NCBI RefSeq assembly: GCF_025526975.1
Contig: NW_026515670.1
Coordinates: 992,001-1,056,000 of the forward strand
Direction of reading: 5' to 3'
DNA: 64,000 nt
DNA from: Fimicolochytrium jonesii
Lineage: Eukaryota
The position numbers and the translations under genes are program-made. Below are positions 35,408-48,602 of this stretch, one piece after another. The number at the start of each line of letters is the position of its first letter. The stretch's first letter is position 1. The notes beneath the pieces were generated by a model. That model saw only the letters and a program-made list of their open reading frames with translations. It was not told the DNA's origin and searched no databases.

Positions 35408-38379
35408 TCAGTGCCCCCAAACCCTTCTGACAAGCCTCAAGAACCGGTCAGGGTCGTGCACCGTAATCTCCTCCACGACCCGGCGGCGAGCGTCGCCGTC
35501 CGGCCCGTCAAGAAGGTCGTCTGGGTTGTCTCCGTTCAGGAGGAAGGTGAGAAGTGTTGACGAGTCGAGGGTCAAAAGTGATGCTGATGAGAATCAAGTA
35601 GATAAGTGATTGAACGGAAACGGATGACGGAGTTTTACGATCTACACATACCTTCATACCACTTCAGCACGCTAACAGCCACAACAGGCAGGCTCTCCCA
35701 CCCCATCGCGGCAATGAAATCCCAGCATTTCACCACCGTCGCGAAATCCAACACGCCTTCCCACCGTTTGCCATCATCTCCTCGGGCATCAGGTGGGAAA
35801 CGATCAGACGCGCCGCTGCTCCTCGCGCGCCCGACATCCTCGTCATCCTCGTCCTCGTCCTCCTCATCCTCATCCGATGAAGAGACATAGCCTCTCCGCA
35901 GCTGCTCAGATAACCGTCTCTGTCTTCTCTCAGGGGCAACCATACTACACAGCCCCAAGAACAGGGTGCGGTACCACAAGTCCGCATACATCTTCGAGCT
36001 TATCCCCATCCGTTCGAAATGGGTGACGAGTCGGGGCACATGCAGCGCCATCATGGCATCGTGGGCGGGTATAGCGTGGTCGCGGATGCCGGTGGGTGTG
36101 AAGAGGGTGCGGATGTTGTAGTAGGGGCGGGAGAGCATCGGGGCGTGGAAGAGGTGGATGAGGGCGATGAATGCGCGTTCGGATTCCATAACGGTGAGGA
36201 GCATGGCGGCGATGGAGTTCATGCCGGGGACGTAGCCGAGGTCGGGGTCGTAGATGGCGTAGGCGTTGAGGAGGTGGGCGAGTGCTTGTTGACTGGTCGG
36301 TGCGAGTGTGAGCAAACATAAGGAAGTTCTCATGGAGAAAAACGGTAGACTGCTTACCCTGGCCCTTGTCTTTGCATGAACCAGATATGATTTGCAAAGG
36401 TTTTTGGAATCGCCAACATGATGCTTTCGTCGTGGCCTGATGGCTGATCGGAGTACTCCTGGTTGACGAGACGGTAACTAAGTTAGTAGGGATGGTCGCT
36501 CTTGAAACGCATGTGGCCCTTTCCACACATACATGGTACTTCTCAATGAAATCTGCCTCCGCCAGTCCAACCTGGCCTGGCGTCATGCGGCTGTAAAGCC
36601 CGCTATATGATGTGATCAGATTGTACCACACATGTCCGCGCCATACTTGTGGCACGCCTTTGAATAACCGGGTCAAGAACTACGTCGAGGGCAAATGGTT
36701 GGACATGGAAAGAGCCATCAGAGCAGTCATGACCAGCCAACACACACCTGTTGTCCCTTTGCGAAATTAAAAATCGGCGACAACCCCATTTTGGACGGCA
36801 CGTTGCTTCCATTCACCGACACAATCTTCTGCAGCCCTCCGCCGAGCGCCCGTTCAGCCTCCATGACCGCCGGATGCACAGGAATCTCCTGTGCCATCAA
36901 TCGCCACTTTTTGCACCTCTCAAAATCCTTGGCGATCATCGCCGCCTCCTGTATCTTATCATTCCGACTCTTCCGCCCTTTGAAGATGACGAACCCAAAC
37001 GTATCCGCGCGGCAGTACAGCTCTTCCACGAACTCAAAGAATCTATCCGACGACTTTCGGGATGCGGCATCGAGCGATTTGCGCTGTGGTATTGGCTCCC
37101 GCGGTTGAGAGCGGAAACGGGCGGATTTGAGGGAAATGTTGGATTTGACGGAGCGGATGGAGCGTTGGGAGAGGGAGGGGGGTATATACCGGGATGCGTC
37201 GGATGATTTCCGCCGATCCGGCCGTGGGGGCGGTGGGGATGTCGGTGGTGTGAGGTGGCTATGGGATGAGGATGCCAACCATTCTTTGACCTTCGTACGC
37301 TTTGATAACGCCGGGGATGGCGGCGCCGAATCGGAACTGGACTCGAGCGTGCACAGCGTGCGTTGGCTCTCCGTGGCGGAGACGTTGTGTGGGAGAAAGT
37401 GATCGGATGGATACAGTTGGTGGGAGCTCGTCGAGACCGAGTTCAATGTCGAACACTTCTCCGCATGGACGCTGTGGAAACTGTCCGTCGACATCACCAG
37501 ATTGCCGGTATTTACCGTCAATGCAGATTTGGCAACTCCGTACTTGATGTCTGGATCCGCCTCCGACGATACTGCGTAGAACTTTGGCGATGTTGGTGGC
37601 GTGGGTGATCCCAACGTGACTCCGCTAAAGGACCGCTGCTTCTTCAGCTTATGCTGCATGCTGTCGACTTTTGTTTCCACTCTCGCCAAGTTGCCTTTCC
37701 AAAAAGAGGACATCTTTGTCAGCAGGCCGCTCTTTTTTGAATCGTTCGATTGCAGAGTGGCTGATGATTGCAGGGTGCCAGATGAAGTCGTCCTCTTTCG
37801 AGGTTCTAAAACTTTCTCTAGCGTGCTGTGTTTCGACGCATGCACCAGAGTATCTCCAGAAAACTTTGAGCTAGGAGATCTAGTTGACCGCGGCAAGGAC
37901 TCGTTGTCCTGATATCGCACCGAAGAGTCCCATTCTAGCCCTTCAAACACCCGTTCCGCAAACTCCTTCCCAGCCGCAGCTGGGTCAACCCCACCACGTA
38001 GCGACTCGAACCGCACGAGGTCCAGATTCGTGAGAACGTCATCGAAGCCAAGATCTGGCGATATTTCGCCGAGTGTCAGTCGATGATCCTCATTATTCAT
38101 TGGTGAGGCCGGCCCGGACCTTGTCCGCTGGCGGAGGTATGCATGTGCTGAGAATGACTGAGGTGGTGGTGAGTGCTGCTTCGGCCTGTGACGGTCCTCC
38201 TGCCGCAGCTTTTCGTATGCATCATACAGCGATTGCTGCTCCAATTGCTGTCTTTGTTGCTGTCTCAAACGTGCCACTCCTGCCATCCGCTGCAACGAAG
38301 GCCGGGCTAGACTGGTGCCGAGCTTGCCGCTCGGAAGTTTGGTGGGCTGCACATCTCCATCTGTCATTCCCCGGACCAT
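35408..38379 (-). CDS. TBC (Rab-GAP) domain protein with degenerate catalytic motifs
   Basis: KGVPQVWRGHVWY, IMLAIPKTFANH, QQALAHLLNAYAIYDPDLGYVPGMNSIAAMLL, W..TLF and KCWDF, after a long Ser-rich N-terminus. The spliced frame stops at 35408; see the finding on a possible extension to 34977. Confidence 0.85.
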
Positions 38380-40586
38380 ACGTTATTATGTGCGCGTCGG
38401 TAAGGTATGGCTGCCGGGGATAAACTGGACTTGGCAGCTTCGCCTTCTCTGCTCGCGATGGAGGGTTTCGGGGAAGTCAATTACGGTGGGAAAGTAGGTG
38501 CCGAGAGCTTGCGGGGAGTGGTAATTGTACCCCAAATCCGGTTTCTACCGTCAGACGAATTGAGTTCCTCAGTGCCGTTGTTCAGTAACGGCGAACGTCA
38601 CAAGGCTGTTGGTATGGTGTGGGAACTTTGCGTTCTGATGTTATTCGGACGTCGGGGATGCCGCGATCTAAGTGTAAGCGAGCGAGTACCAGTTATGATA
38701 CAAGACCTAGCTGAACTGCTCTACTGGTCTACTACTGTACGTGATTGGGTATGGGTTCCGAGAGGATTGCCTTCTTACTGTACGATACAAAACGAGCGTA
38801 ATATGTATAAAGCTGTCAGCGGGGCTTTTGGCGGCGCAACTTCTCTGGGAAGCAACGTTCTTCAACGCCAGTTCAGGGCAGAAACGTCCCGCCTGTTTCC
38901 TCTCTTCCGGATGGATCTGCAACAAGCACGCTCTGTCGCTCGCTCGCTCGCTCGCTTGGTGGCGGGAGGGCAACACCATAATAATATTACTCGCTCGCTC
39001 TCCCTCCCACACGCCTCGCACAAGGCGGGCTTCAAACTAACCCCTGGGACAGCTGGTTTTCGGTTTTACTTTGCATCGATGACGTTCTTGAAGATTCCCT
39101 TTGCAAAAATGATTGAAGGATTGCAATCAAGTCTAAATTTGCGACATGCGCCTGGGAGAGAAACCGCAGCAACGCATTCAAACCCGAGTCCCAACGCATT
39201 GGGGCCCTCCGAGTACCGGCCGCCACCACCGGCCAAAAGTTGGCCGTCGAACGCCTGGAAGACTGTTTTTCGCGTCGCCCCCAACTTCTGCTGTCGCTTC
39301 CTGTCAATTGGGTCGGTCGCCTTCTGGCCGCGGGATATGGGTGAGTGTTCTCCCTTCCAAACATGCCGGTGGGTCATATGGCATCGTTGGGGTGGATTCC
39401 ACAGACATCTTGTGGGAAGCCAAACGTACTGTATGTTGTCAAGCAGTTTACATGTTCAATGCTCAGAGACCGACTCCGGCGAACTTCACCAAGAATACTC
39501 TTTCCGGCCAGCCACTTCAAGTGAGCCCATAGCAAAAACGCTTGGATTGGACTGCAACAAACACCACGGCCGGCCCCTTTTGCAACCAGCATGTACTACC
39601 GACATACTGACAGGGTTGTCTCCCTTCTCGACTGGTGATCTCCGCCGAAAGCACGACGCATCACCGCTCCCATACCGCAAAGAAGCGTCAAATCGACCTC
39701 TAGGATCCAACCGAGCTCCTTTCCGCCGAAGTTCCTTCATCGCCAACGCCAAGTTTGACATCCACCGCCGCAGTGGCACCGCAACACGGGTTAAACGCGA
39801 CAGCTAGATCCAAAATGTGGGCTCCTTCACACAAGTTTGCGCGACGCATTCTTCTGTTGAGCCCAAGCTTGCCTCCAACGCAAAAACTGGGAAGGCCAGG
39901 TTCGTTGCGGCCATCGATCCATTTGTGAAGGCGAGCCCGGGACGGAGGCAATATTATCGGCGGTGGGTGATTCCATTCGATGCAGGTTGTGAGATGAAGC
40001 ACGAGTTCAAAGTTCCTACATCATCATGGTGTTGATGACTGGAAGCGTGATACCATACCAAAAACATTGCAAGCGAAAGTGGACTTCCAACTTCTCATCT
40101 TCCTGAGATTTTTGACGTGCTCACGTGATTGAACATACATGTCCATCTAGATGTCCATCCGCACGGAATCTTGCACCCCTCCTGCAGAAGAGGTGCGTCC
40201 AGCGTACGTTAAGGTCCGTGGCTGCTGTGAGAGTCAGTTGAGCCCCCCTATTAGGTTCGATTTGTAGTTAGGACGGGAACACGCACGGAAGCGTGTCCGA
40301 AAGAGTCCGAAACGTGGGCTTTCTCTTGTAGCTGCTTGGAGCGTTTCCCTTCCATTCCGCGACGAAAGCATCCAACCTTGGCCGCCGCGGAGTACATACT
40401 CCCAAACCACTAACCAGGGTTATCACACCAGATGGCGACTCGGACAGTGCGAAGCGAGAGAATAGGCCCGATTCGACGTTCGAGCGCCGTGGTTGAACGG
40501 CAAGCGGGAGGCCATCGGCCCGCAACTCTCAACGTGTCTGCACGGCATGTTGGGTCATCCGTCGCCGCCTAGATACTTCACCTATT

Positions 40587-42117
40587 GTGTCGAGAAGATT
40601 ACGGCAAGGAAAGCTTCCCGAATTTCGGTGTAGGTGGACTCGAGGGCAACTATATGAGGCGTATTTGGAGCTTGACGACGTCGCTCCCGATCAGTTCATG
40701 TTCCACGTCTGTGTCCTGACACGCGAGGAAAAGTGTGTAACCTATCCGGTCTACCACCAGGGGGAATGTTCCTATAACGGCAGAACCTCTGAATGCTGCC
40801 TTTTTCAAATGACCGACCGATCTCGTTACAGAGTTCCGCCTGGAGTTGATCACGTCCGACGGAGACCACATCCATACAACGGACCGGCGCCCTGCCAAAA
40901 GTGACTGCGACGAGCTTCTCGCGCACCGCGTCAATCCGGATGATATTGTGAGGGAAGATGATTTCTGCCCCGTTGAAGATGATCGTGACGACGACGAAGA
41001 CGACCGCGATGACGACGACGCGTGGGAAGATCATTCCAAGTCAACGACATTTGTAAAGTATGTCCTTGTCGCATGGCCGCGCTTTCACGACATCCTTTAT
41101 CGTATTTACTTTATGAACACTGCGGGGATCGTCATTGCTTGCGGGTATATCAGGCGACGAGGCAGTCGACGCCATCCGGCGCGTTTTACGTCATGCAGGC
41201 GCTGAACTGGGACAACGATCGGGTCTCCCAATTTGCCAGGTCCTCTACGAAAAAGCGATCGAGCTTATAGACGTTGATTGGATTCTCTTCGCCATGGACA
41301 TCCACCATATCGATGTCAATACGTGGGAGGTCGAGACGCTCATTGCGTGTGTCCGCGCGCATTTCCCGTGGGCCGGCCTAGCAAATGAAAAGCTGCTCGT
41401 TCAAGCCCTGAGGAGGCACTTTGGCCGCCCCTGGATTGCCTCAGACTCCTCGAGGTTATACCACCTGAGCCGTCTTTCTCACTTTTTCGCCAAGAAATTC
41501 GCTCCTTTCTGACTCCCGGGTTGCGCGATTATTTCGGCACACATCCCCCTGTCAAGGGAAGATTCATCTCTACCTCCCTGAGGAACGACGTCTTCCTTCT
41601 TACTTGGTTTCTCGAATTGTGCTCGTGCGCACCGCCCTATACCTTGTCTCCGCTCGTGGAGGAGCTACCGGCGCTGTGGTGGCTGCCCTCGCATCCCTGT
41701 CACATGCTTCTCCGCAACATCGTTCAGACGCTGCACCATGCAACTCGAGCAGATGGGCGCTGCCGGACAGCCTTACGCGATCCCCGACGCAAGTTTCCCC
41801 AAACACAAAGAATTTGAAGCGTTCCTGCGCAGCCCGCTGTCTTCGAAATCCATCTATGGCTTCAGCTGCTCATCAAGGATGCCACCGGCGTCCTTACAGA
41901 CTAAACGCTCCGGATGAGTGCGAGCGGTGTGACGCCCAATGCACACGTCGTAATCACCAAGTCGCGCAAGAACTTTCCCCACTGGGGCATGTTGATGATG
42001 CGTAGGCGCGAACAGGCGGCTATGCTGCGTCTCTTGCTCGTGGAAGGTGGACATGCGCCGCTACCGCAGAAACGCGCATACTCACCGGACGTTGTTGGAA
42101 GTCGAAAGATCGAATGA
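40587..42117 (+). pseudogene. Chain of overlapping protein-like ORF fragments (frameshifted relic of unknown gene)
   Basis: Consecutive + strand ORFs 40587-40904, 40846-41205, 41135-41512, 41521-41817 and 41914-42117 read as globular-protein-like sequence with an acidic D-rich patch. I could not join them with phase-compatible introns. Confidence 0.45.
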
Positions 42118-43062
42118 ATTCGTAAATTCGGAGAACGAGGGTTAAGCCTTGGACGTATATGCCAGGGAGGAGACTTTCAGAATCGGCGGACTATCCTTCA
42201 TTTGCCGTATAGACAGATTTCGTTCGCTGGCGTCGCAACCCTCGGCCGTAATGAATTAGGTTTGATACATGGGGCTGTTTGATAAGCACGATAAGTACTA
42301 GGTAGGACTAGGGTTAGATAGGGTGCGCTTTTTTGGACCGAGTACATCATAGGGAACACATATGGATTGGTTTTTGTTCGGTCAAAATTGTTATGCTTGT
42401 GCAGTGTGCACTGACTGCTGGAGGTGATGGCCCACTGACGGCAGTGACGGGTACTTTTTTAGATTTTAGAGTTTCCCGCCCCCCGGTCAGACCGGTCTAA
42501 GCCTCAACGCGGTAAGTACGAAAGCTCATGACTAATGCATGCGCCACCCGGAATTATGCATTGAAATTTCCGTGAGGTGGACAAGCCTGACCTCGATAAT
42601 TCGTGGGTCTCGATTGGCAATAATCTTGGCGCACACGTGGGACTTGGGAGGATCGGAGGCTGAGAGGTTCCCTTCACCTTTTTCTCCCATCATGGGATCG
42701 GCGGAAGGAAACTCAAAAAACCGTCCACGTAGCCCTCCACCCGCTTTCCGACGCATGGGAAGGTTCTCGAAAACATTCGAAGCCACAACCACAAAGTTTT
42801 TGTAAGTGGAGGCGATCGGAAGTCATGGGGAAGGGGCATGAATCATCAAACGTGCGAACTCGCCCACATGCAAATTTCATATTGTAGATTGCTTTGTCCA
42901 CTTTGAACGTGAGTACCGCCGACGGAAGAGATAGCGCTGGACGTGTCAGGCGGTGGACATGGGCTGTGTCCCTGGATACTCCTGACTAACACACCGACCC
43001 TAAACGAAGGTCGAAGCGATGTGGGTGAGCATGGACATCCTTTCGGAGGACGGCCGCTCGTC

Positions 43063-43070
43063 TATAAAAG
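43063..43070 (+). promoter_or_regulatory. TATA box
   Basis: TATAAAAG about 140 nt upstream of ATG 43206, followed by a C/A-rich leader. Confidence 0.55.
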
Positions 43071-43205
43071 AGCGGGCGTGGTCGGGCATCTCCTTACTTT
43101 CTTCAGCATCAGCAAATACAAAGCAACATCTTCTAGTCTTCGACTACCCAACATAAAACAGAGACTCTCCCCCTGCCTTCTACACCAACCTACCCACACA
43201 TCAAA

Positions 43206-43433
43206 ATGGTGAACGTTACCCCATCCCACCTGGCCTCCTTCGCTAACAAGGGCCACCTCCTCCGCGGGAAGCACGCCGCCAAGGACCTCGACTCGCAAAT
43301 GCGCTCTTCGCCATCATCGGGCAGCCCATTGCGATTGTCCAAGACGCTAACACAGGGCTCGAATGCGTCGACGGAGAGCGTGTCGAAGATGCGCAAGCTC
43401 AAGGCGCTCTTCTCCAGTGTTACGTGGAAGTGA
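43206..43433 (+). CDS. Small basic 75-aa hypothetical protein
   Basis: TATA box, caaaATGG start context and C/G-ending codon bias. No recognisable domain. Confidence 0.5.
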   Translation: MVNVTPSHLASFANKGHLLRGKHAAKDLDSQMRSSPSSGSPLRLSKTLTQGSNASTESVSKMRKLKALFSSVTWK

Positions 43434-44384
43434 GATCACTCAATCCGTTCGGCACATCGCCTAATGCCCGGCACCACCAACCACTTGCGGTAAGCCAAGC
43501 CAGGGCTCCCGGGAGAAGCTTATGGCGCTGATCGCCTCGGCTCTCCCCGACTCTCCCGGTACCAGCTCCATCTATACCACCCGAAATGCCGCTCGCACAC
43601 ATCAGCGAAGCGCGATACGGATACATCCGAAAAGTCTCCCCGAACATCGTTCAACGGACATTACTCTCGTCCACTGTCAAGGCAAACATCATGCCGCAAT
43701 TTTGAGACCATCCATGTAGATAGTCGACCCTTTTTGAACACCCCTTTGTAATCCCATTTCTATACGCTATGCTCTCTCCGTTAATGAAAATTCCTAAAAC
43801 AAACTTGCAATCTTGCTCCACTTTTCGTGTCGCTCTAAAGCTGGAGTTGAAGATGGACGATAAGGTTCTGACAGCTCATCAGGTCCTCTTGAGTTAATAT
43901 CATCGCGATTATGCGCCTTCGTTTCGTCCTTATCTTTGCTGCAAACGGCTGGACTTCCATCAGGGTACTTTGCATGAATGCACTTCATCCTCGTCGATCA
44001 TCAGTCAGCCGGCTGTCGGCTGTCGACTGAAACGGCGATCAGTCTGGATATTCGATGATGTGACAGTCCCTGAACAGGGAAAAGGCAGTCAGCAGATGCA
44101 TCATGATTCGACGGAAGCCAGGGTTGAACAGGCGTTGTTGAACAGTGTCGAAGGCGGCGTGTCGTTGCTCAGTCAACATGGCCGCAATGCGGAGGAGTCA
44201 CGCGCCGTTTCTTGCGCCTTCCTTTCCTTCCTTTCTTCTTAGGCGCCTTATTGCAACGGGCACAACGAGGAGCTTGAAATACCACCCACTCCCGGCAACA
44301 CCCAGCTCGCCAAATTCCTCCTACCATCACCAACGCCAACAGCCACCGCCCACTCTCACCAACAACCACGCCAGCACCGCCAAA

Positions 44385-45048
44385 ATGAAGTCCTTCACCC
44401 TCCTCCTCGCCCTCGTCGCCGCCGTCTCCGCTCAAACATGCGCTCCCGCAAACTACGAGCTGTGCAAATCCAACGCCGTCGACTTTGAGAAATCAACCTG
44501 TGGCCCGTTGGCAACTGGCCCCGCTGCCAATGCGACCCTGAACACTGCTTGTCTTTGCTATGCGGCTGTTAACAGAGTGTGAGTATGAGGGGTGGTTTTT
44601 GCGTGTGTTTTGGAGGTGGAATGAGAGTGGAAATGAATGGGCCTCTGCCCAATTTCAGTATCGTCCACACCATGTCCTCAAACGTCTCTCTCTCTTTCTC
44701 TACAGTAACTGCTACGCCCAATGCCAAGGCAACCAAACCGTCACCGACGAACTCAACAGCGTAGCTCTCCCCTCCCAAACCGCCCGCTGCACCGCCGCAA
44801 ACCTCAACCCCGCCGCCCTCCCACAACCCGCCCCCTGGGTCAAACTGCCTCTCACCACTTCCTCCGCCGTCGTTGCCAGCCCTACTTCTACCGCCTCCCA
44901 GACGGCTGTTGCGACCTCGTCTGCTTCCGCTGCTTCGAGCACGGCGACCCCGACCGGTACCTCTGCGAAGAACGGTGCGGCGGAGGTCGCGGTAGGTGGC
45001 GTGTCGGCTTTCGCCGCTGCCGTCGCCGCTGTATTTTTCTCCACCTAA
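44385..45048 (+). CDS. Secreted, probably GPI-anchored 8-Cys (CFEM-like) surface protein
   Basis: Signal peptide MKSFTLLLALVAAVSA, 8 Cys including CLC and CxxxC, a Ser/Thr/Ala stalk, and an NGA omega-like site with hydrophobic tail. Intron 44579-44705. Confidence 0.85.
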
Positions 45049-45538
45049 AAGCAATAGGGACGGGGACTATCCTCACCTTCGATCCGCAGTCGGCTTTAAC
45101 GTATTTTCGCTCGTGCTACACCGGTGTATCTCGACTTTTTGTCCATCTCTTATAGAAATCTAGAGCTACAGCTCCGTTTTCTCTGTATCAAATCCCCGAT
45201 TCAGTTGTAATTATCCAGGGCGACGAAATCTGTGATTTCACCCCTAACGTACGTAATAGTAGACCAAATAATGGCGTACTCTTCCCTCGACTTCAGCGGC
45301 AAAAGTGTAATATTTACGATGAAAAGCACATGGAGAAGGGGCGCCGTCAACAATAAAAACTCTTCTGCAAAACATTCTCTAAATAAGGTGTGGGCGGTCG
45401 GACCCTTCGATCCTTGCTTCCGGTTTCTACGACCCAAACTTCTCTTCGACCTTGTCTTTGGAAGACAGCGATGAACGCATTTCAGACCACGCGCTTCGCG
45501 ACCGTAGGCATGTGCACGGGCAGTTCCAAAACTTCTGT

Positions 45539-47455
45539 TTAGAACATTGCTTGGCCTTCCTCGTACTGTTCCTTGAGGAAAATCTCGAAGTACTAATTTG
45601 TCGACAAAGTAGAGGGCGGGTCAGAGTTGGTACCTTCATCGGAACCCACGCAAAACTACGACGAAGGGAGCCGAACCCCGAAACGCACCTGGTAGATGAT
45701 AGTAACAGCCAACAGAATCCCCGTGCCGGACCCAATAGCGCCCAACAAATCCGCCGAGACGGACAAAGCCCCAATGCAAAGCCCGCCAAACGCCGCGGCG
45801 GTAGGGATGATGCGCTTCAACTCCTTGTACATAGACTGGTCACGGTGCCCGCGCATAACGAGCTGCTGTTCCTTGAGTTGGCGGGCGACGTCGCGCGGGG
45901 AGGAACCGGAGACCTCGATCCAGGTCTTGGAGAGGAAGGCGCAGGCAGAAAGCATGAAGGTGACGTAGATGACAAAGTGGATCGGGTCGACGAAGGCTTC
46001 TTTCAGGCTGTGGGGTGGGGAGATGTAGTAGGCGAAGCCGCTGGCTGCTTGTTCCTGGGGGATACCCTCGGGACTCTGATTCGAATGAGAGGATAAGATC
46101 AAGATACGCTCCCGGCTGATGTCAGCTTCCCCCGACGTACCTTCCACACTCCAAGCAAGCGAACGAGAAGGTTGTCAGGCCACCGCTTGTACAACAACTG
46201 CGAGATAAAGAACACATTCGAAACCAGAGCCGACTGGAGCATGATGGGCATGTTGGAGGTGTAGAACAGCTTGATGGGGTAGTTTCCTTGCTGACCACGG
46301 TACCGGTTCGACTTGACAGGGATCTCGATGCGGAAAGACTGGAGGTAGATAACGACGGCGAAGACGACGACAGTGGCGATCAGGTTGGACAGGTTGGGGA
46401 GGTTTTGGCGGTACATGGCTTCTTTGAGGGCGCGGAACTTGTCGCTGCGCGTGAAGAGGAGGTGGAAGAGGGCAACGACAGCTCCCTCGAATTCGGTTCC
46501 TGTGATCAGAGGTTTACTGCATCAGTTCACGCTGCCTTCTCATCGCAGTCGCGTCCCTTGGAACTCCCCCCACCTCGGCCAGTGTTGTACGTAGTCGGGC
46601 TGAAAGCCTTCCAGATGATCGTCTCGCAAATGTTGGTCGCAATGAACAACGAGATTCCAGAGCCGAGACCGTATCCCTTCTGCAAGAGCTCATCGAGCAG
46701 AAGGATAATCAAGGCGGCGATGCACAATTGCAGGATCAAGAGGAGCGAAATGGCGGGGCCAATGTCTTTCGGGTTTCCGTATACACCGGACCAGACGGCA
46801 ACGGTGGCCTGTCCAATGGCGATAACCATGGCGAAGACTATGGTATGAAGAGTATGAGTCCAGATAAACCCGTTCAAGGTTCCAAAGCAAGCTCAGGTCC
46901 GCCAACTCACGTTTCTGCGCGCCGGAGAACAGCGCCCGGTCCTCCTTCAACGAATGGTCGACCTCAATAATATTGGCACCAGCCAACAACTGCATGATCA
47001 TGCTCGACGTAACAATCGGCGTGATACCCAGCTCCATCAGCGTTCCTCGGTTGGAAGCCATAATCACACGCAGCCAGTACATGGGGTCCGACGACTCGGA
47101 CGACATGATTCCAAAGAGCGGGATTTGCGAGCAGACCAGGAAAATGAACAGAGTGATGGCTGTCCACATGACCTTCTCCCTGAATTGCACCTATGGGAAC
47201 CATGCGTAAGCATCGTGACCAATACTCAAATCTGGCAAGCGAGAGTCTCTTACTTTGCGATCGGGGGAGACGACCTCAGGCATCAAGGCGATAAATGGCC
47301 TGAGGACATGGAGAAGTCGAACTGCGGCGGGCGGGAGAAACGAAGGGAAACCCGTTAAAGATCATCACGGTCGAAGGCGTTTCCCTAAGCCACACATGCA
47401 CCACGGCCACCCGGGATCCAGTATCCCTCCTCTAACTGAAACACTCACAAGACAT
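45539..47455 (-). CDS. SEC61: Protein translocon subunit Sec61 alpha
   Basis: [88 protein letters not shown] and [20 protein letters not shown]. First exon ATGTCTT at 47455. Confidence 0.97.
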
Positions 47456-48602
47456 ATTGACGAAAGCAGCCGTTGGCAGTCAAACCACTAGAGGGTAAGG
47501 TTCAGGTTCAGGTCAGTGAGAGTCAGGATGGCGGAAATATGAGAAAACATCAATCACAGCCCCGTCCAGACGCAGTTGATCGCTCTCCTTACAACGGGCC
47601 AGCTCCCAAAAACATGTCTTGTAGCGTACCTGGGAGGAATGCAGCAGCTGGAGTGTATGCCTCTAGCCGGTACTTCTTGCGGTGTGATCCGTTTGGGCAG
47701 AGCGAGCGAGCGGGCAAGGGCAACTTTGGACTTGCGGCATCGAGTCGCGACCGCCACGTCGATTGGGAGGTTTAATTCGCGCTGCTAGTGCTATCACTTA
47801 GACGCACGTGACTTGCCAGAACAAGTCGCACAGGCCGCTTTGCTACGTAATCACACGCGTCGAGTTCAAGGCGTGGACCTCAACGCGTGGGACCTGGAAC
47901 TCACAAACGCACCCCAGTCGCAGCAACGCTCGAGAGCGATCGGGTCGCCCAACCTGGCCTTCGATACCAACGTAGAAAGAGCCAATGTAGAAAAGATACA
48001 GGGGTTGCCCTCTGTCGCTCATCAACCATGTCCGGACGTAGACAGAGAACACTAATTGCGGCGCACATCTCAATGATTTCATTCTGTTTGGGGCTTTTAG
48101 GGCCTCTGAACTGTGAGGCTACCCTTGGCAATGATATGCCTGTGGTGGTGATATTGCTCTCGCTTTCAAATCATCACCACAAATGCCCCCGTGAGCCTCG
48201 GCTGTGTCTTTGGCTCGAACGGGCATCCTTACTTTTGTCGTCACTACGGTCCGACATGGCGTGCAATTGGGTAATGTGGGGCGCCAACGACAGGCCCGTG
48301 GGGTTGAAATAGGGAGGCTCAGATGGCTACCGCACTTCCAGGACAGAGGCGCAACGATTCTGTAGCATCCGAAATTTGGCAATATGCGAGACGATGCGAG
48401 GTCTGTGATTTCGATGGGCGGTAATTGAGCACCGACGGCTGAGGGCCTTCATGAATTCCGATCAAGGGCGTCAACGACTGCGAGGGTTGTCGGCGGTGAT
48501 GAAGACGGGCAACGGCCGTGGGCCACAGCGGAGGAGAATCAAGAGCGAACAGGCTAGCGTTGCTGGGGAATGGGGGCAACGCGAAGACAGAGGCGGTGGA
48601 GT

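Noticed and set aside
42296..42325. taggtaggactagggttagataggg, telomere-like
   Set aside because: Too short and degenerate, with no regular TTAGGG array.
45452..46848. Long + strand ORFs over Sec61
   Set aside because: Antisense shadows caused by codon bias. The same applies to 55615-56280 (actin) and 58616-59278 (malate synthase).
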